Shown here: one piece after another, positions 50,601 to 61,085 of the stretch
Numbering within the stretch: the stretch's first letter is position 1
Layout of the letters: each line of letters begins with the position of its first letter
Assembly: GCA_051362555.1 (NCBI GenBank)
Contig: CM120646.1
Span: 62,001-126,000 of the forward strand
Origin: Lingula anatina
Lineage: Eukaryota; Animalia; Brachiopoda
DNA: 64,000 nt
Reading direction: 5' to 3'
The notes under the pieces: generated by a model
Databases searched by the model: none
Seen by the model: the letters and a program-made list of their open reading frames with translations, nothing else
What the model was told of the DNA's origin: nothing
Translations under genes and position numbers: made by a program

Positions 50601-53600
50601 TTCTTGTTTATTTTGATTAATGTAGACATAAGCGGCCCATTTGCGTGATCTTTTATGTGAGGAGATAGGATTGCGGGGAGAATTGATTGACACTTCAACA
50701 GCGTGGCTGTTTTGTAGTTAGCATTCCGTAGGAATAGACATTTTTAGCGACACTCCTTTGTGCTTTTATGACAGTTCAGACACCACATGGTATAATAATG
50801 TCAAGTTACTTTAGATGTTCAGTGATTTTGTAGAGGAAATTCAGCTTTCCAGGATAAAAAGGAATAATTGACATCCACGAAAGCCAGCAATGTGAGTTTT
50901 TATGATTGCTCTGTTGTATAAGTTAATTTAACATTCTTAATGCAGTTTAAAGTTGTTTGTAACACTCTGTTTTATTTAAGAAGATTTATTTATGTTCTTT
51001 TTTGTTTGTTTTCGTTTTAGTCAGAACCATTGGACTACAAGTATATGCGTTTCTGATGCTGGTTATTGAAATAAACATACAGAATATTAATCAAGACTTT
51101 ATTGTTTTCACTTAAGATCCGTGGGATCTTACAAATGGCTTTCAGGCAGGAAATACTCCATTTAGAAATATCTGGTGTATGGTATAGGAAGGGCTTTCTG
51201 GCAGGAAATACTCTATTTAGAAATATCTGGTGTATGGTATAGGAAGGGCTTTCTGGCAGGAAATACTCCATTTAGAAATATCTGGTGTATGGTATAGGAA
51301 GGGCTTTCTGGCAGGAAATACTCCATTTAGAAATATCTGGTGTATGGTATAGGAAGGGCTTTCTGGCAGGAAATACTCCATTTAGAAATATCTGGTGTAT
51401 GGTATAGGAAGGGCTTTCTGGCAGGAAATACTCCATTTAGAAATATCTGGTGTATGGTATAGGAAGGGCTTTCTGGCAGGAAATACTCCATTTAGAAATA
51501 TCTGGTGTATGGTATAGGAAGGGCTTTCAGGCAGGAAATACTCTATTTAGAAATATCTGGTGTATGGTATAGGAAGGGCTTTCTGGCAGGAAATACTCCA
51601 TTTAGAAATATCTGGTGTATGGTATAGGAAGGGTTTTCTGGCAGGAAATACTCCATTTAGAAATATCTGGTGTATGGTATAGGAAGGGCTTTCTGGCAGG
51701 AAATACTCCATTTAGAAATATCTGGTGTATGGTATAGGAAGGGCTTTCTGGCAGGAAATACTCTATTTAGAAATATCTGGTGTATGGTATAGGAAGGGCT
51801 TTCTGGCAGGAAATACTCCATTTAGAAATATCTGGTGTATGGTATAGGAAGGGTTTTCAGGCAGGAAATACTCCATTTAGAAATATCTGGTGTATGGTAT
51901 AGGAAGGGTTTTCAGGCAGGAAATACTCCATTTAGAAATATCTGGTGTATGGTATAGGAAGGGTTTTCAGGCAGGAAATACTCCATTTAGAAATATCTGG
52001 TGTATGGTATAGGAAGGGCTTTCTGGCAGGAAATACTCCATTTAGAAATATCTGGTGTATGGTATAGGAAGGGCTTTCTGGCAGGAAATACTCTATTTTG
52101 ACGTGTGATTCCTTATTTTACCCCTTGCAATTTTAATAATCATAAAATTAATAAACTGCTCATTTCCAATCCTTTAAAATGCTTAACATTTTGATTTCAA
52201 AATCGGTTTTTAATTTGCAGTTGCTGAGTAAATTGTTGACAACCTCTTGCCTGAATACCATATAGTAATAATAATAATATATTAATTTTAAGTCTACATT
52301 CTAAATCTGTTCAGTAGACAATAAGTACAATTATGTGTAGTACATACAGATCAGATTGACACCTGGTCATTATGAACTGTGTTGACGATCTTGTCTCACT
52401 GGGGAGGATACAGCCTTGCTGCCGTATGAGGCGCTGAAATTTAGCAGGCTCACAAAATCAATCTCTTCCTGACCAAGGGCCCTGCTTCAACCCCTATATG
52501 CGGAGTACCACGCAGGGAAACAGCAGGTACTGTTTATAAATGACTGGTATGTCCCTGGACGGGGTCAAACCCACGTCCTCTTGCTCTGGAGGTGGACGCT
52601 CTAACCACAAGGCCATCCTGTGTTAAGGTTTTGACACTAAACTGTGGCCATCTTACCATTAACTATCAAGTCAAGAACACAACTCACCCCACTGCGTCAT
52701 CAGCCCAGCCACAGGGATAAAACTTTCTGGCCCCCAATTCTTCAAAACGTTTGTTTACCGTCTTTCCACCATTACAAAAGTTAGTATAGTTAGAATCTCC
52801 TAGCCCTGAGAAGTAAAACAAGTAATTAAAATCATATGATAAATTAATTGTTTCCATATGTTGTAATAGTTTTTGATAACTTGCAAGTAAAGGAAATAAA
52901 TGTATAGCAAAAAAAAAAAAAAAAAAATTACTAGTACACATTACAAAACACAAAGAGTGAATCAACCTTTACAGGATGCAACTGTCCAAACTTCTATGTC
53001 AATTTCCCTTAAATTAAATCTGTTGCATCAATTACTTTTCTCTACTATCAATCTTGAAGCAAAATTAACCTAGCATTTCTCACTGCCTTACAAACACACA
53101 CTCTTATTCATCAGTCTTCAGCATTGGTCATAATTTACCTAGCAATGAATAACGCAGGTGTTGAAGGTGAGTACTGGGCAAAGTTTTCTTCTTCAGACGT
53201 CTCACAAACTTGGAGGCAGTATCTGGCACTTCACCTTCTCCTGTTGTAGAACACACCACTACAGCACAGGTCTCACGCTCCAAACAAAACTGTAAAGAAA
53301 CAAACTATTTTTGAGGCATGTTATTCTTACATATTATATGACATTCATAAAATTTAAGTGATCCATGTCCTCGAATCCTAGATATCCTAGATAGCAATCA
53401 ATCAATAAAAAAGCCAAATTTCTGGTTGTCAATTCACATATACCATTTCCTCCCCTCCATCTCTTTTTCTCCCACAATGAATAGCAACAGTCACTTAATT
53501 TTTTCGGTAAAAGGCAAAAGAGCTGATAAATTATCTTGTTAAACATTTAATACCACACACAGATCATAACAAAGCAATTCTCCCATCAGCTGACTGACAT

Positions 53601-54622
53601 TCGTCTCCTCCATACGTCCATATTTATATAAATTATACTAGTATTATACACTGTACCAGTATAGTGTGTTCAATTACAAAGTCTGTGAACTCTGTCTGAC
53701 AAGTCCCTGTTCATTTCAATATTAAAAGAATAATCATTCTCAGAAACCCATGCTCTTATCTAATTATACAGGGTTTCAAATGGATAAATGTCACTATTTT
53801 GTATGATCTTCTATGTAATGTGTGATACCTAATCCCCTGGCAGAGATAACCTGTAGTCTGCAATTTGAACCCCAACATTTACAGCTAAGGAAGATTTCCA
53901 TAGCCATGTGTCCTCAGATTACACCATATGCCAGAAGAGTACAGTGTATATATAATTACTGCAATCTATCAGATCACTCTATAGGAGAGATCCAAAACCT
54001 TTTGGGACTAGATCATGTTCTAAAAAAATTTAGAAAGCACATTTGGGTATTTTTACATGAAATTAGTGGCTGATAATCAACTGTAACTAAAATCAGCTGA
54101 AAACTGACCTGAAAATATTCATGTTTATCTGGAAATTGGGGGCTACATAGAAAGATCAGCCAGTATATAACTTTTGTTACCATAAATGTTACTTATGATG
54201 TCATAACTGTCACCAACGATGTCATAATTGTACTTATATCATAAGTACAATTATGATGTACGTACAATTATGACATCGTTGTACTTACATCATAAGTGGA
54301 CATTGTGACATCATGTTACCTGTAATATCATAAATGTAAATTGTGACATTGTGAGTGACCTGTGACATCATCAGCCTACATTGTGACATCATGTAAGAAA
54401 CCCATGACATCATAAGTGCACTATGTGACATCACTAACATTCCAAGAACACATCACAGCTACTTGTCTTTCTCTTTACCTTTTTCTCTGTCATACTGAGG
54501 CAATGCAGTTCAGGTTTCAGTCCATATTTCTGGCAGTTCTCATAAATCTCTTCACATATGGCTTGGGCCTGTCCTGTCTGGGAGCCATAGAGTAGCAGAA
54601 ACCTGGACGGTGGCGCCTCCAT
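38657..54622 (-). CDS. MTRR: Methionine synthase reductase (diflavin reductase), ~983 aa
   Basis: Exons (high-low) 54622-54479, 53289-53139, 52805-52688, 45569-44663, 44363-44217, 43505-43420, 43144-42988, 41312-41132, 40810-40281, 39936-39818, 39560-39468, 39123-38885, 38736-38657; 2952 nt, in frame. Motifs: RFLLLYGSQTGQAQAI, STTGEGE.PDTA, GLGDSNYTNFCNGGK, ADDAVGLE..VEPW, PKKAFLR.LAEYT, RPYSCSSS, GVCTGWL, GPGTGVAPF, FFGCRHKDKDFLY, YVCGDAKNMA, C-terminal EDIWS*. An acceptor at 54684-54685 implies an upstream UTR exon. Confidence 0.93.
40329..40640 (-). repeat. Coding 48-bp (16-aa) tandem repeat inside an MTRR exon, ~6.4 copies
   Basis: QTGTVGDMEEHGTATS-type units lie in frame between GVCTGWLNRL and the donor at 40280. 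Confidence 0.9.
41521..43041 (-). repeat. ~75-bp tandem array spanning an MTRR donor (20 donors), with a 449-bp higher-order repeat
   Basis: AAG|GTAAG junctions at 42988 (real), 42914, 42840, 42765, 42690, 42615, 42540, 42465, 42391, 42316, 42241, 42166, 42091, 42016, 41942, 41869, 41794, 41719, 41640, 41565. Confidence 0.95.
44052..44240 (-). repeat. 36-bp tandem array spanning an MTRR donor (5 donors)
   Basis: ACA|GTAAG junctions at 44217 (real), 44181, 44149, 44113, 44077. Confidence 0.9.
44536..44679 (-). repeat. 47-bp tandem array spanning an MTRR donor (3 copies)
   Basis: TGG|GTGAGTAG junctions at 44663 (real), 44616, 44569. Confidence 0.9.
45560..45728 (-). repeat. 84-bp duplication spanning an MTRR acceptor (2 copies)
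   Basis: tttttcag|CCTGGAGGTT with exon-side boundaries at 45653 and 45569 (real). Confidence 0.9.
46715..51133 (+). mobile_element. BEL/Pao LTR retrotransposon, internally deleted, inserted antisense in an MTRR intron
   Basis: 554-bp LTRs at 46715-47268 and 50580-51133 (TGTAAGA...TCTTACA). 5-bp TSD AATGG at 46710-46714 and 51134-51138. Purine-rich tract aaggggccgg before the 3' LTR. By eye the LTRs differ at one site (gtaCatgcg/gtaTatgcg). Confidence 0.95.
47291..50143 (+). CDS. BEL/Pao Gag-protease-partial RT polyprotein (950 aa, frameshifted in RT)
   Basis: LPKVELMPFNGNPLQY..F..SFE (DUF1759-type Gag). Three Zn knuckles (CACCGSHHSLFNC, CFNCLRTGHVALRC, CSVEGCEQKHTKFLH). Protease ALLDSGS, AVRTALGWTING. 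RT start YLPHHP..KVRIVYD..GPDLTNKL. Out-of-frame RT remnants (ADIEGMFLQ, DLLRFLWW, MTRHMFG) to ~50400. No RNase H or integrase seen. Confidence 0.88.
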   Translation: MSLQEEIERQRHLIEELERDIDQSIHSLLRDIKREHSLLTSTPHNVATSTSISEASISPIPHPGTPYTCRSEGISTMNAVSVTSPVTMPSLSALSSNIPAFSQTTFTSHNVPVVPQSQSAISTSNIPVSVAVPLTPFPKPVWTMQAAPLTASHATQSMTPQDDRLLGSIPVSCELPATSQLTVPSPAVFSTSSPDFIHISQPNLYHPHGAVAFSASQTPIPTRFETTASVAVPPAPTPAYGIPSQTIQHSAVYTPVSEAIPPTSDSLTPLIDAMQLPKVELMPFNGNPLQYHPFMRSFENMVGHKNVPHAAKLARLLQYCRGEAYNLIQCCCVMEPEQGYATALKLLKERYGDSYTISQAWIQKIMNRGPVTDNVAFRHFADELRCCFETLRAVGRKEDINSGDYLLKIVQKLPQYIKPRWLKLVHSIRSEGRNPDIGDLVNFISLAADERNDPVFGQLLSTGREGRNRQTTANYSTSTDSPLCACCGSHHSLFNCEEFKGLRVRDRLTLAKQKNLCFNCLRTGHVALRCPVNRVCSVEGCEQKHTKFLHLPQRNANQNTDEMDTEEVACNATGAGVGKQKIALPIISVKVRGQGQTQFVETYALLDSGSTQSFCSEELTRSLNLESTRKIHNIVLNTLGRQKRVFSKSVNLEVTNADETLIYDMTDVLTRPKLNIGTDKIVTQEELDNWQHLKDIKLPEVDIDQVHILIGQDMPELLKPREIREGKTGMPYAVRTALGWTINGPIGERSTENVSSYFVNTSNDLQDQIKNLCKLDGHDEDFSAMSVNDKKVMTTWKNSLHYDEGKQYSMDIPFQEQPLNLPDNRSVANFRFQRLKRRLKKDKWLQKRYMESMVELRDKSYAKEMKEACKDGGYVRYLPHHPALHARKPDKVDKVRIVYDCVAEHKGISVNDAIYQGPDLTNKLIENLPRFRHHPVALWLILKGCFYKLR
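51137..52098. repeat. 55-bp minisatellite, ~17.5 copies
   Basis: Unit ggctttctggcaggaaatactccatttagaaatatctggtgtatggtataggaag. It begins inside the LTR element's 3' TSD. Confidence 0.95.
52330..52620 (-). mobile_element. tRNA-derived SINE (possibly Meta-core type)
   Basis: On the minus strand, an A-box-like TGGCCTTGTGGTTAGAGCG and a B-box-like GGTTTGACCCC at tRNA spacing. They are followed by cataccagtcatttataaacagtacctgctgtttccctgcgtggtactccgcatatagggg, which resembles a conserved SINE core (family assignment from memory). Confidence 0.65.
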
Positions 54623-55518
54623 GTGGCCAGATGTCTGGGTGAGGCACCGACTAGCTGCAGGACTACAATCTGGTGAATAGTGCCTAAAAATATAAATATT
54701 ACATATTTTTAAAAATCACACTTAATGATAACTTGACTTAAATTGCAGAGAATACTGAGTGCTATGTTATATCCAGGAATTCAAGGTCTGATAAAACCCA
54801 ATATTGACTGCTGACATCACCACAAAACATAAAATTGACTGATAACATAATATATTGTTTTTGACCAATTGGAGTTAAGATAACGTATCTTTAATCTGTC
54901 AACAACAACACATTGGTTGGCAAGAAACTGATGCCTTTTTGGAAGACATCGACTTTCACTCTCAGTTTATACACTGTATATTGTATTGAAAACCTCAGCT
55001 AGTGGTTGTCACACTGCACAACTTCTATATAAATATTGACAAATCCTAGCTAACTCCATGATCTGGTAAAAATGCATCCAAAAGCTAAAGATATCTACAG
55101 GAAATAAAAATTGCAGCTCGCTCGCCCCAACACCCCCCCCCTCCCCAACACCCATACACACACACGTACACACACAGCAGTTCTAGATTTTGTTGTCAGT
55201 TGATAATGATAAACTATGAGCATATTCAGATTAGTAAACTAATAGATCTGCAGATCAAATATGGCCGACCCACTTGAATGCTTCTTACATAATCCTCACA
55301 ATAAGTCTATTTGGTGTCTAGTCGGGAATTAAGCAGCAAGCTTTTTAGTGGGTTACCATATTTGATACGCAGATCTTTGAGTCTACTGTTCTGACTGTGC
55401 TCCATGTGTTGAAGCCACAATTTTTTAAGGGAAAAATATTTGTAACCACAAAAACCACTGGGACCCTGTGATATTCAACCATTAAACATGTCACCTTTAA
55501 GAAGATAATAACATAGAG

Positions 55519-55659
55519 ATAGAATTTAAACAGACTCATCTGATCATCTAGACAGGTAATGTTCCGACAGAAGAAAATAACAAAGAAATAGCATTTAAAC
55601 AGACTCATCTGATCATCTAGACAGGTAATGTTCCGACAGAAGAAAATAACAAAGAAATA
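55519..55659. repeat. 69-bp tandem repeat (2 copies; third partial copy at 59532-59577 beyond the LINE)
   Basis: atagMatttaaacagactcatctgatcatctagacaggtaatgttccgacagaagaaaataacaaagaa. Confidence 0.85.
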
Positions 55660-58600
55660 ATAATAATAATAATAATTTATTGAGCACAAAGAAATGGTTT
55701 ACATTTACAGGCTCTCTAACTAATACAAATATTAAAAAGAATAATTTAAGTAATAAACTATGCTCATCCACGCAGGGATACACGCTTTTTAATTGCACTG
55801 TTAACAAATTTACATATGGCAATCACACTCTGCGCAGAGAGTGGATTGAGTAAAATAGATAGTTTATTGTCTGTTGGACCCTGCAAATTCACCTCTGGTA
55901 TGGAAGCGAACAGTATTTCCCGTTCGACTCTGTGTTCACTGCATTCTAGAAAAAAGTGTGCTTCATCTTCTACTGAGTCGCAGTGGGGGCATTTCCTTTT
56001 GTCAATTGGCTTCTTTGGTTTTGTATATCGCCCTCTTTCAATTTCTAATTCATGATCACTGATTCTCATTTTTGCTAATACCCTTTTTTGAGCTAAAGGA
56101 ACGTTGAGTTTTACATAAGGTTCAGCCTCATAAGTGTGTTTAATTTTTCCATATGTTCTGAGTTTATTGTTTTCTCCTTTTTGCAATTCTTCCCAAAAAT
56201 TTGACTTTATTTTTTTTATTATTTCTTCCTTTAGGTATTGGTGGTTGTGGATTTTAGTATGTGTGTTGTTATTTGGGTGGTAAACTTCCCAGCATGCCGA
56301 AAGATTTGTAGTAGTCCAAAACCAGTTTTTTCCCTTTTCTGTTTGCTCCATGTCGTAAGCTTGTTTGACTAGTCTGTGAGTTGGAAGGTTGTCCAGTCTT
56401 GCACTGTATTTGGACACCAAACTTACAATGTCCAAATACAGTGGAAGGCGTCCAAGTTCTGCCCTGCAAGCATTACTGCTGGAAGTTTTTCTTAAACCTA
56501 GTGTCCATTTACACATTTTTAAATGTATCTGTTCGAATGGCATCTTATTCAATTTGTGTAGTGTCATTTTTTTGTCTATAAATATCTCTTGTGCCCAAAC
56601 CTCACAGCCATATAGCAGGATTGGTTTAATCATTTGGTCAAAAAGTTTCATGGTTAGTAGGGGTGAAGAAATTTCTTGAGAATTTAGCATCCCTTTTAAT
56701 GAAAACATAGCTTTGAGGGCCTTTTGTTTGAGGTTTTCCATTGTCTGTTTTAAGGATCCTGTGTTCGTAAAAATTATTCCCAAGTATGAGAATTGCTTTA
56801 CTGTTTCTATAGGTCTGTTATTTATGGTAAACGTATGTGGGTCAATTTTCCCAAGCTTATTGAATACCATAACTTTAGATTTATTTTCATTTACCTTCAA
56901 TTTCCACTTCAGACAGTAGTTTTCAAGTTTGTTAAGTAGGGTCTGTAGTCCTTCTTTTGTTTGTGAGAGTAAGACTAGGTCGTCAGCGTATAGTATGTGA
57001 CTTAGACCATCAACTCTTGTTGAGGTATCATTTATGTGAAGTTCACTTTTTATGTCATCTATGAAAATGTTGAAAAGTACTGGACTAAGGTTATCACCTT
57101 GCCGTATGCCAATTTTGGACAAAAAGGGTTCAGTGAAACCAGTGTGAACCGATACGCCTAGTCTTGTATTATTGTACATGTACTTTATGAGTTTGTATAT
57201 TTTGCCTCTGATACCTTGTCTCAGGAGTTTTATAAACAGACCTTTATGCCAGACTGTATCAAAGGCTTTACGAAGATCGACAAAGCAGGTATAGAGACGT
57301 TTATTTTTGTTTAGATATTTGTTTATGACAGATTTTAGGGTAAATATATGATCTGTTGTGCGATACCCAGGTCTGAACCCAGCTTGTTCTTCACTTAGCT
57401 TTTGATTTGTTTCTATGAATTGAGTGATTCTATTTGTCAGTATAGAATTGAACAGTTTCCCTAAACAGCTTGTTATGCATAGGCCTCTATAATTTGATGG
57501 GTCAGTTCGATCTCCAGATTTATATAAGGGCAGTATTAGGCCTAAGTTCCAGGCATCCGGGGTTTCGCATGTATTTAGTGCTAAGTTAAAGATTTTTGTT
57601 ATTAGTCCTACTAGGTAATTTACTCCTGTTTTTAACATTTCATTTCTAATAGAGTCTTCACCAGCTGCCTTGCCATTTTTTAGTTTTTTGATAGCGTTCT
57701 TTACTTCTCCAATTGTTATGGGACTATTTAGGACAAGGTCTCCTTCCATTTCCTCGTATCTTTTTATTTCATCATTTATTTGTTGATTATCTGTAGGGGG
57801 GATTCCATAGAGTTGGTGAAAATGTTGTTGCCAGGTATCTGGACTGATTATGTTACTTTTGTCCTCTCTTTCCTTCAGGGTTTTTAGTGTTTGCCAAAAT
57901 TCTTTTGGGTTGTTTTTTTCAGAATTCAGCAGTTTTGTTAACAGTGCATCTTTGTATTCCCTCTTTTTTTGCCTTAGCAGTTGTTTATATTTCTTTGTAG
58001 TTATGTGGAAAGTTTGTGAGATATAGTTGTTATGCGGATTATTTTGTAATAGTTTTCCAAGATGTTTGATATTCCTCCTAATTTCAGAACAAGTGTTGTC
58101 GAACCATGGTTGTTTTTTCATTCTTTTTGGTTTCTGTTTTGTTTTTGTGTTTGTAGCAGCTTTTCTTTTACGAAGAGACATGTCTGCAGCTTTTTTAATG
58201 ATAACTGTGAGTTTATCGCAGGCATTTTTGATTCCATCTTTAGAGACTGGGAAGTGTGTAGTCTGTGCTTGACTGATTGATTTTAGACTTTCCTCAGTTT
58301 CAAGAGCTTTTAAAAAATTTTCAGCTGACTCTGTATCCCAGATGTAGCGGTCTTTAAATTTATGGATTGAGTGGGCATTTGACATGGCTTTTGTACCTGT
58401 GGTGCTGATTGCAAGGTCCAACAGACAATGATCTGATAGGTAATCTATGGGTGACACTGTAAGATACATTACTTTGCTCATCAGTCCTTCACTTGTAATG
58501 GCATAGTCTACTGCACTGCATCCATGCTTGTTAAAGCAGGTAGGATAGCCAACTAAATTACCTTTAGTTCTACCATTGAGGATTCTTAAATTGCTACTCC

Positions 58601-59531
58601 TACACAATTCCAGCAAAGTTTTTCCTTGTGTGTTGACTATAGTATCAATATTATTTCTCTTCTCTGACAATCTATTTGTTGGGTAACTAGCAGTCATACA
58701 TGTAGGTATACCAAACATATTATCATCTTTAATAAAGTCAGGTAATGTCCCGGTTCTTGCATTAAAATCTCCAATTAGGCATATTGACCCATGTGGTTGA
58801 TAATTAGCAATTTCCTCTTCTAATATTTCTATAGTTCTTTCATCTGAAGGGCCATTGCAGGGCTTAACATATACTGCACATAAAAACACATCTTTCTCTA
58901 GACCAACATGTTCACTGGCAAGTTTAACCCACAGTAGATTTTCACTCTTACTACTAAGTACATGGATGCTTTCCATAAGTTCTTTTTTGTAATATATCAC
59001 TATTCCACCTGATGGTCTGCCTTTCATTTTAGTTTTTGTTCTGAGTTGTTCAGTGTGTCCATGGGTGCCACCAGGTAGTGCTATCTTTGATCTTACAGTG
59101 CTAAAAGTTTCTATGCATACGAAGATGTCAAAACTTTGTACCGTGGAGATGAAGTTATCATCACTTAATTTTTTTGCTAACCCCCTTACATTGCGCATGC
59201 CGATACGCAACATTATCAAACGTGAGTATTAAGATGGGTAATAGCTCTTAAATAACACTAAATGCCTTGAACCTTATTTTCTATTTCACCTAGACAAGTT
59301 TCTCTAATATAAAAATGCTTCAATGATAATGTTGCCCTATGTGATTATTTGACCAATGCTTATCTGCTTATCACTTTGATATTGAATATTAAAATAAGTA
59401 TTAAAATAAATAAATAAATAAATAAAATGATTGTAACATTGAGCCATTGTTTACTATTGAGTATGAAGTTCAGCTAAGTATCACTAACCTGATTTTTTTA
59501 GATGTTGATAATAGAGTACTTACATGTTTTG
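55660..59531 (-). mobile_element. Non-LTR retrotransposon (RTEX-like LINE), probably 5'-truncated
   Basis: The 3' end is AATAAA followed by an (ATT)n tail at ~55660-55681. Candidate TSD gaaata. It interrupts a 69-bp tandem repeat whose third partial unit resumes at ~59532. Confidence 0.8.
55764..59219 (-). CDS. LINE ORF2: AP endonuclease + reverse transcriptase + C-terminal CCHC finger (intact, ~1150 aa)
   Basis: APE motifs NVRGL, ETF, GDFNAR, VDYAI, SDH. RT motifs NYRGLCI, QAGFR, FVDLRKAFDTV, GIRQGDNLSP, LYADDLVL, YLG. C-terminal HELEIERGRY..CPHC..EDEAHFFLEC. First ATG at 59213. Confidence 0.93.
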   Translation of the reverse strand: MIMLRIGMRNVRGLAKKLSDDNFISTVQSFDIFVCIETFSTVRSKIALPGGTHGHTEQLRTKTKMKGRPSGGIVIYYKKELMESIHVLSSKSENLLWVKLASEHVGLEKDVFLCAVYVKPCNGPSDERTIEILEEEIANYQPHGSICLIGDFNARTGTLPDFIKDDNMFGIPTCMTASYPTNRLSEKRNNIDTIVNTQGKTLLELCRSSNLRILNGRTKGNLVGYPTCFNKHGCSAVDYAITSEGLMSKVMYLTVSPIDYLSDHCLLDLAISTTGTKAMSNAHSIHKFKDRYIWDTESAENFLKALETEESLKSISQAQTTHFPVSKDGIKNACDKLTVIIKKAADMSLRKRKAATNTKTKQKPKRMKKQPWFDNTCSEIRRNIKHLGKLLQNNPHNNYISQTFHITTKKYKQLLRQKKREYKDALLTKLLNSEKNNPKEFWQTLKTLKEREDKSNIISPDTWQQHFHQLYGIPPTDNQQINDEIKRYEEMEGDLVLNSPITIGEVKNAIKKLKNGKAAGEDSIRNEMLKTGVNYLVGLITKIFNLALNTCETPDAWNLGLILPLYKSGDRTDPSNYRGLCITSCLGKLFNSILTNRITQFIETNQKLSEEQAGFRPGYRTTDHIFTLKSVINKYLNKNKRLYTCFVDLRKAFDTVWHKGLFIKLLRQGIRGKIYKLIKYMYNNTRLGVSVHTGFTEPFLSKIGIRQGDNLSPVLFNIFIDDIKSELHINDTSTRVDGLSHILYADDLVLLSQTKEGLQTLLNKLENYCLKWKLKVNENKSKVMVFNKLGKIDPHTFTINNRPIETVKQFSYLGIIFTNTGSLKQTMENLKQKALKAMFSLKGMLNSQEISSPLLTMKLFDQMIKPILLYGCEVWAQEIFIDKKMTLHKLNKMPFEQIHLKMCKWTLGLRKTSSSNACRAELGRLPLYLDIVSLVSKYSARLDNLPTHRLVKQAYDMEQTEKGKNWFWTTTNLSACWEVYHPNNNTHTKIHNHQYLKEEIIKKIKSNFWEELQKGENNKLRTYGKIKHTYEAEPYVKLNVPLAQKRVLAKMRISDHELEIERGRYTKPKKPIDKRKCPHCDSVEDEAHFFLECSEHRVEREILFASIPEVNLQGPTDNKLSILLNPLSAQSVIAICKFVNSAIKKRVSLRG

Positions 59532-61085
59532 TGAAATAGAATTTAAACAGACTCATCTGATCATCTGACAGGTAATGGTGTAACTTAATTTGTATTAACA
59601 CAAAAATAAGTAAGTGCAACAAATATTCAGATATTCGCGATGAAACAATTAATTTGGTTGAACTTCTAAAATGTACCTATGATTTTAATTCATTCCAATT
59701 CAAAGCATTTACTCACAAGGCCTCAGCACCCATTATACTGTTAGTTCAAGATTACCAAAAAGATCATGAAGAACATCATAACGGCAATTTCCCTTGTAGT
59801 TAACACTGATGACATGGAATTCCTAGACACTGACAGCGTCATGCTTCTTTTTTTTTTTAAAGAAAATGTGGTTTAAGGGTTTCTTTCAGCTTATACTTCT
59901 TGGTAAATTACACCATTATTTAAATTTACCTGCCATATCCAAGCTCTGTGGTGGCCCCAGTGTTTTTTGCAGAGGTACATATTCCCATCGTTGTTAAGCA
60001 AAAATCAGTTCTTCTTAATGTGGTGAAAACTTTAAAATATTTCACATTTCTTGAGATTATTCGCCATAACTGTCATAAAAGTGTCTACCGTTCCTTGCGC
60101 ATCCTATCAGGTAAATAAGCAGTTAATAAGTGGTCCAAAAGCAATACAAAAGTGGTCCCTTATGCCATAACTGATACAACTAAGCAATATCACTAAGCAC
60201 CCGATGATAATAATGGTTGTCTTCCATGAGGGAGTGATACTTCACTTTTCATGATGTCAGGAAGTGCTGGTATCTAGATATCTACTAGTACCAACACAGA
60301 TCACTGTCCACTAATTGTCAGTACTCAATCAGCACTTCCATGCAGGAAGAAAGCCATGTAGATGCAGAGACTGACGCCCTCTTTCTAGATTAATATTTTA
60401 TCCTATCGATTCTCTTGAATAGATACCATGTGTTGACAATATTGTGCATATACAATGGAACTTACAGCTCCGTATGGTGTGTACAGCATATATAGCATCC
60501 ACTGTTCTTACATCCTGTGTAATCAGCATATATTGGCTTGTTCTGTAAAAGTCAATCTAACAATTATAGAATTTCTGTAGGCACAATGATTTCATATCAC
60601 AACAGATAGTGTGTGTAATCTATCCCAAGAACAATTACCAGATTAGGTCTACAGCAGATGAAGTCACAAAATCTCAGACTGAGTAAATCTCTTTCTAAAG
60701 AACTGATACTATTGCCATGTGTACTGGTATCTCTCTGTGCTAAATATTCAGCCTGCTGGACCAATTTGGGGGCTCAAGCTGACCAGTGTCTTCCAGTCCA
60801 TGGTACAAAGGCTTAGGCAGTAACAGAGGCTAGTACCTGAGCACACTGATAATATTTCACTGACCTTGCCTAAATTACAAGATAGTCGTCACTGTTCTTG
60901 CCTTTAATTCATAAAATTTGGCAAAGCAATTGCTCACGTGGTAGATAGACATAAATATCATTCATGCAAACCATTGTCTCTTTGCAAACAACATGGGCAA
61001 CAGAGGAACAAAATGAAGCATTTTACTAAAATGAGGTTTGTGGATATGTGTATTACACTCAAGTTGTTTTCATTGTCCTCGTCAC

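Noticed and set aside
52540-52620. tRNA gene
   Set aside because: A/B boxes are present but no convincing cloverleaf acceptor stem, and it continues into a SINE-like body.
54185-54433. Degenerate tgtgacatca-rich repeat near the first MTRR coding donor as another junction array
   Set aside because: It starts ~45 bp into the intron and its units contain no exon or donor sequence, so it was not counted.
55519-59577. A ~45-bp long TSD for the LINE
   Set aside because: The duplicated block is not directly adjacent to the tail. The layout fits insertion into a pre-existing 69-bp tandem repeat with a short gaaata TSD.
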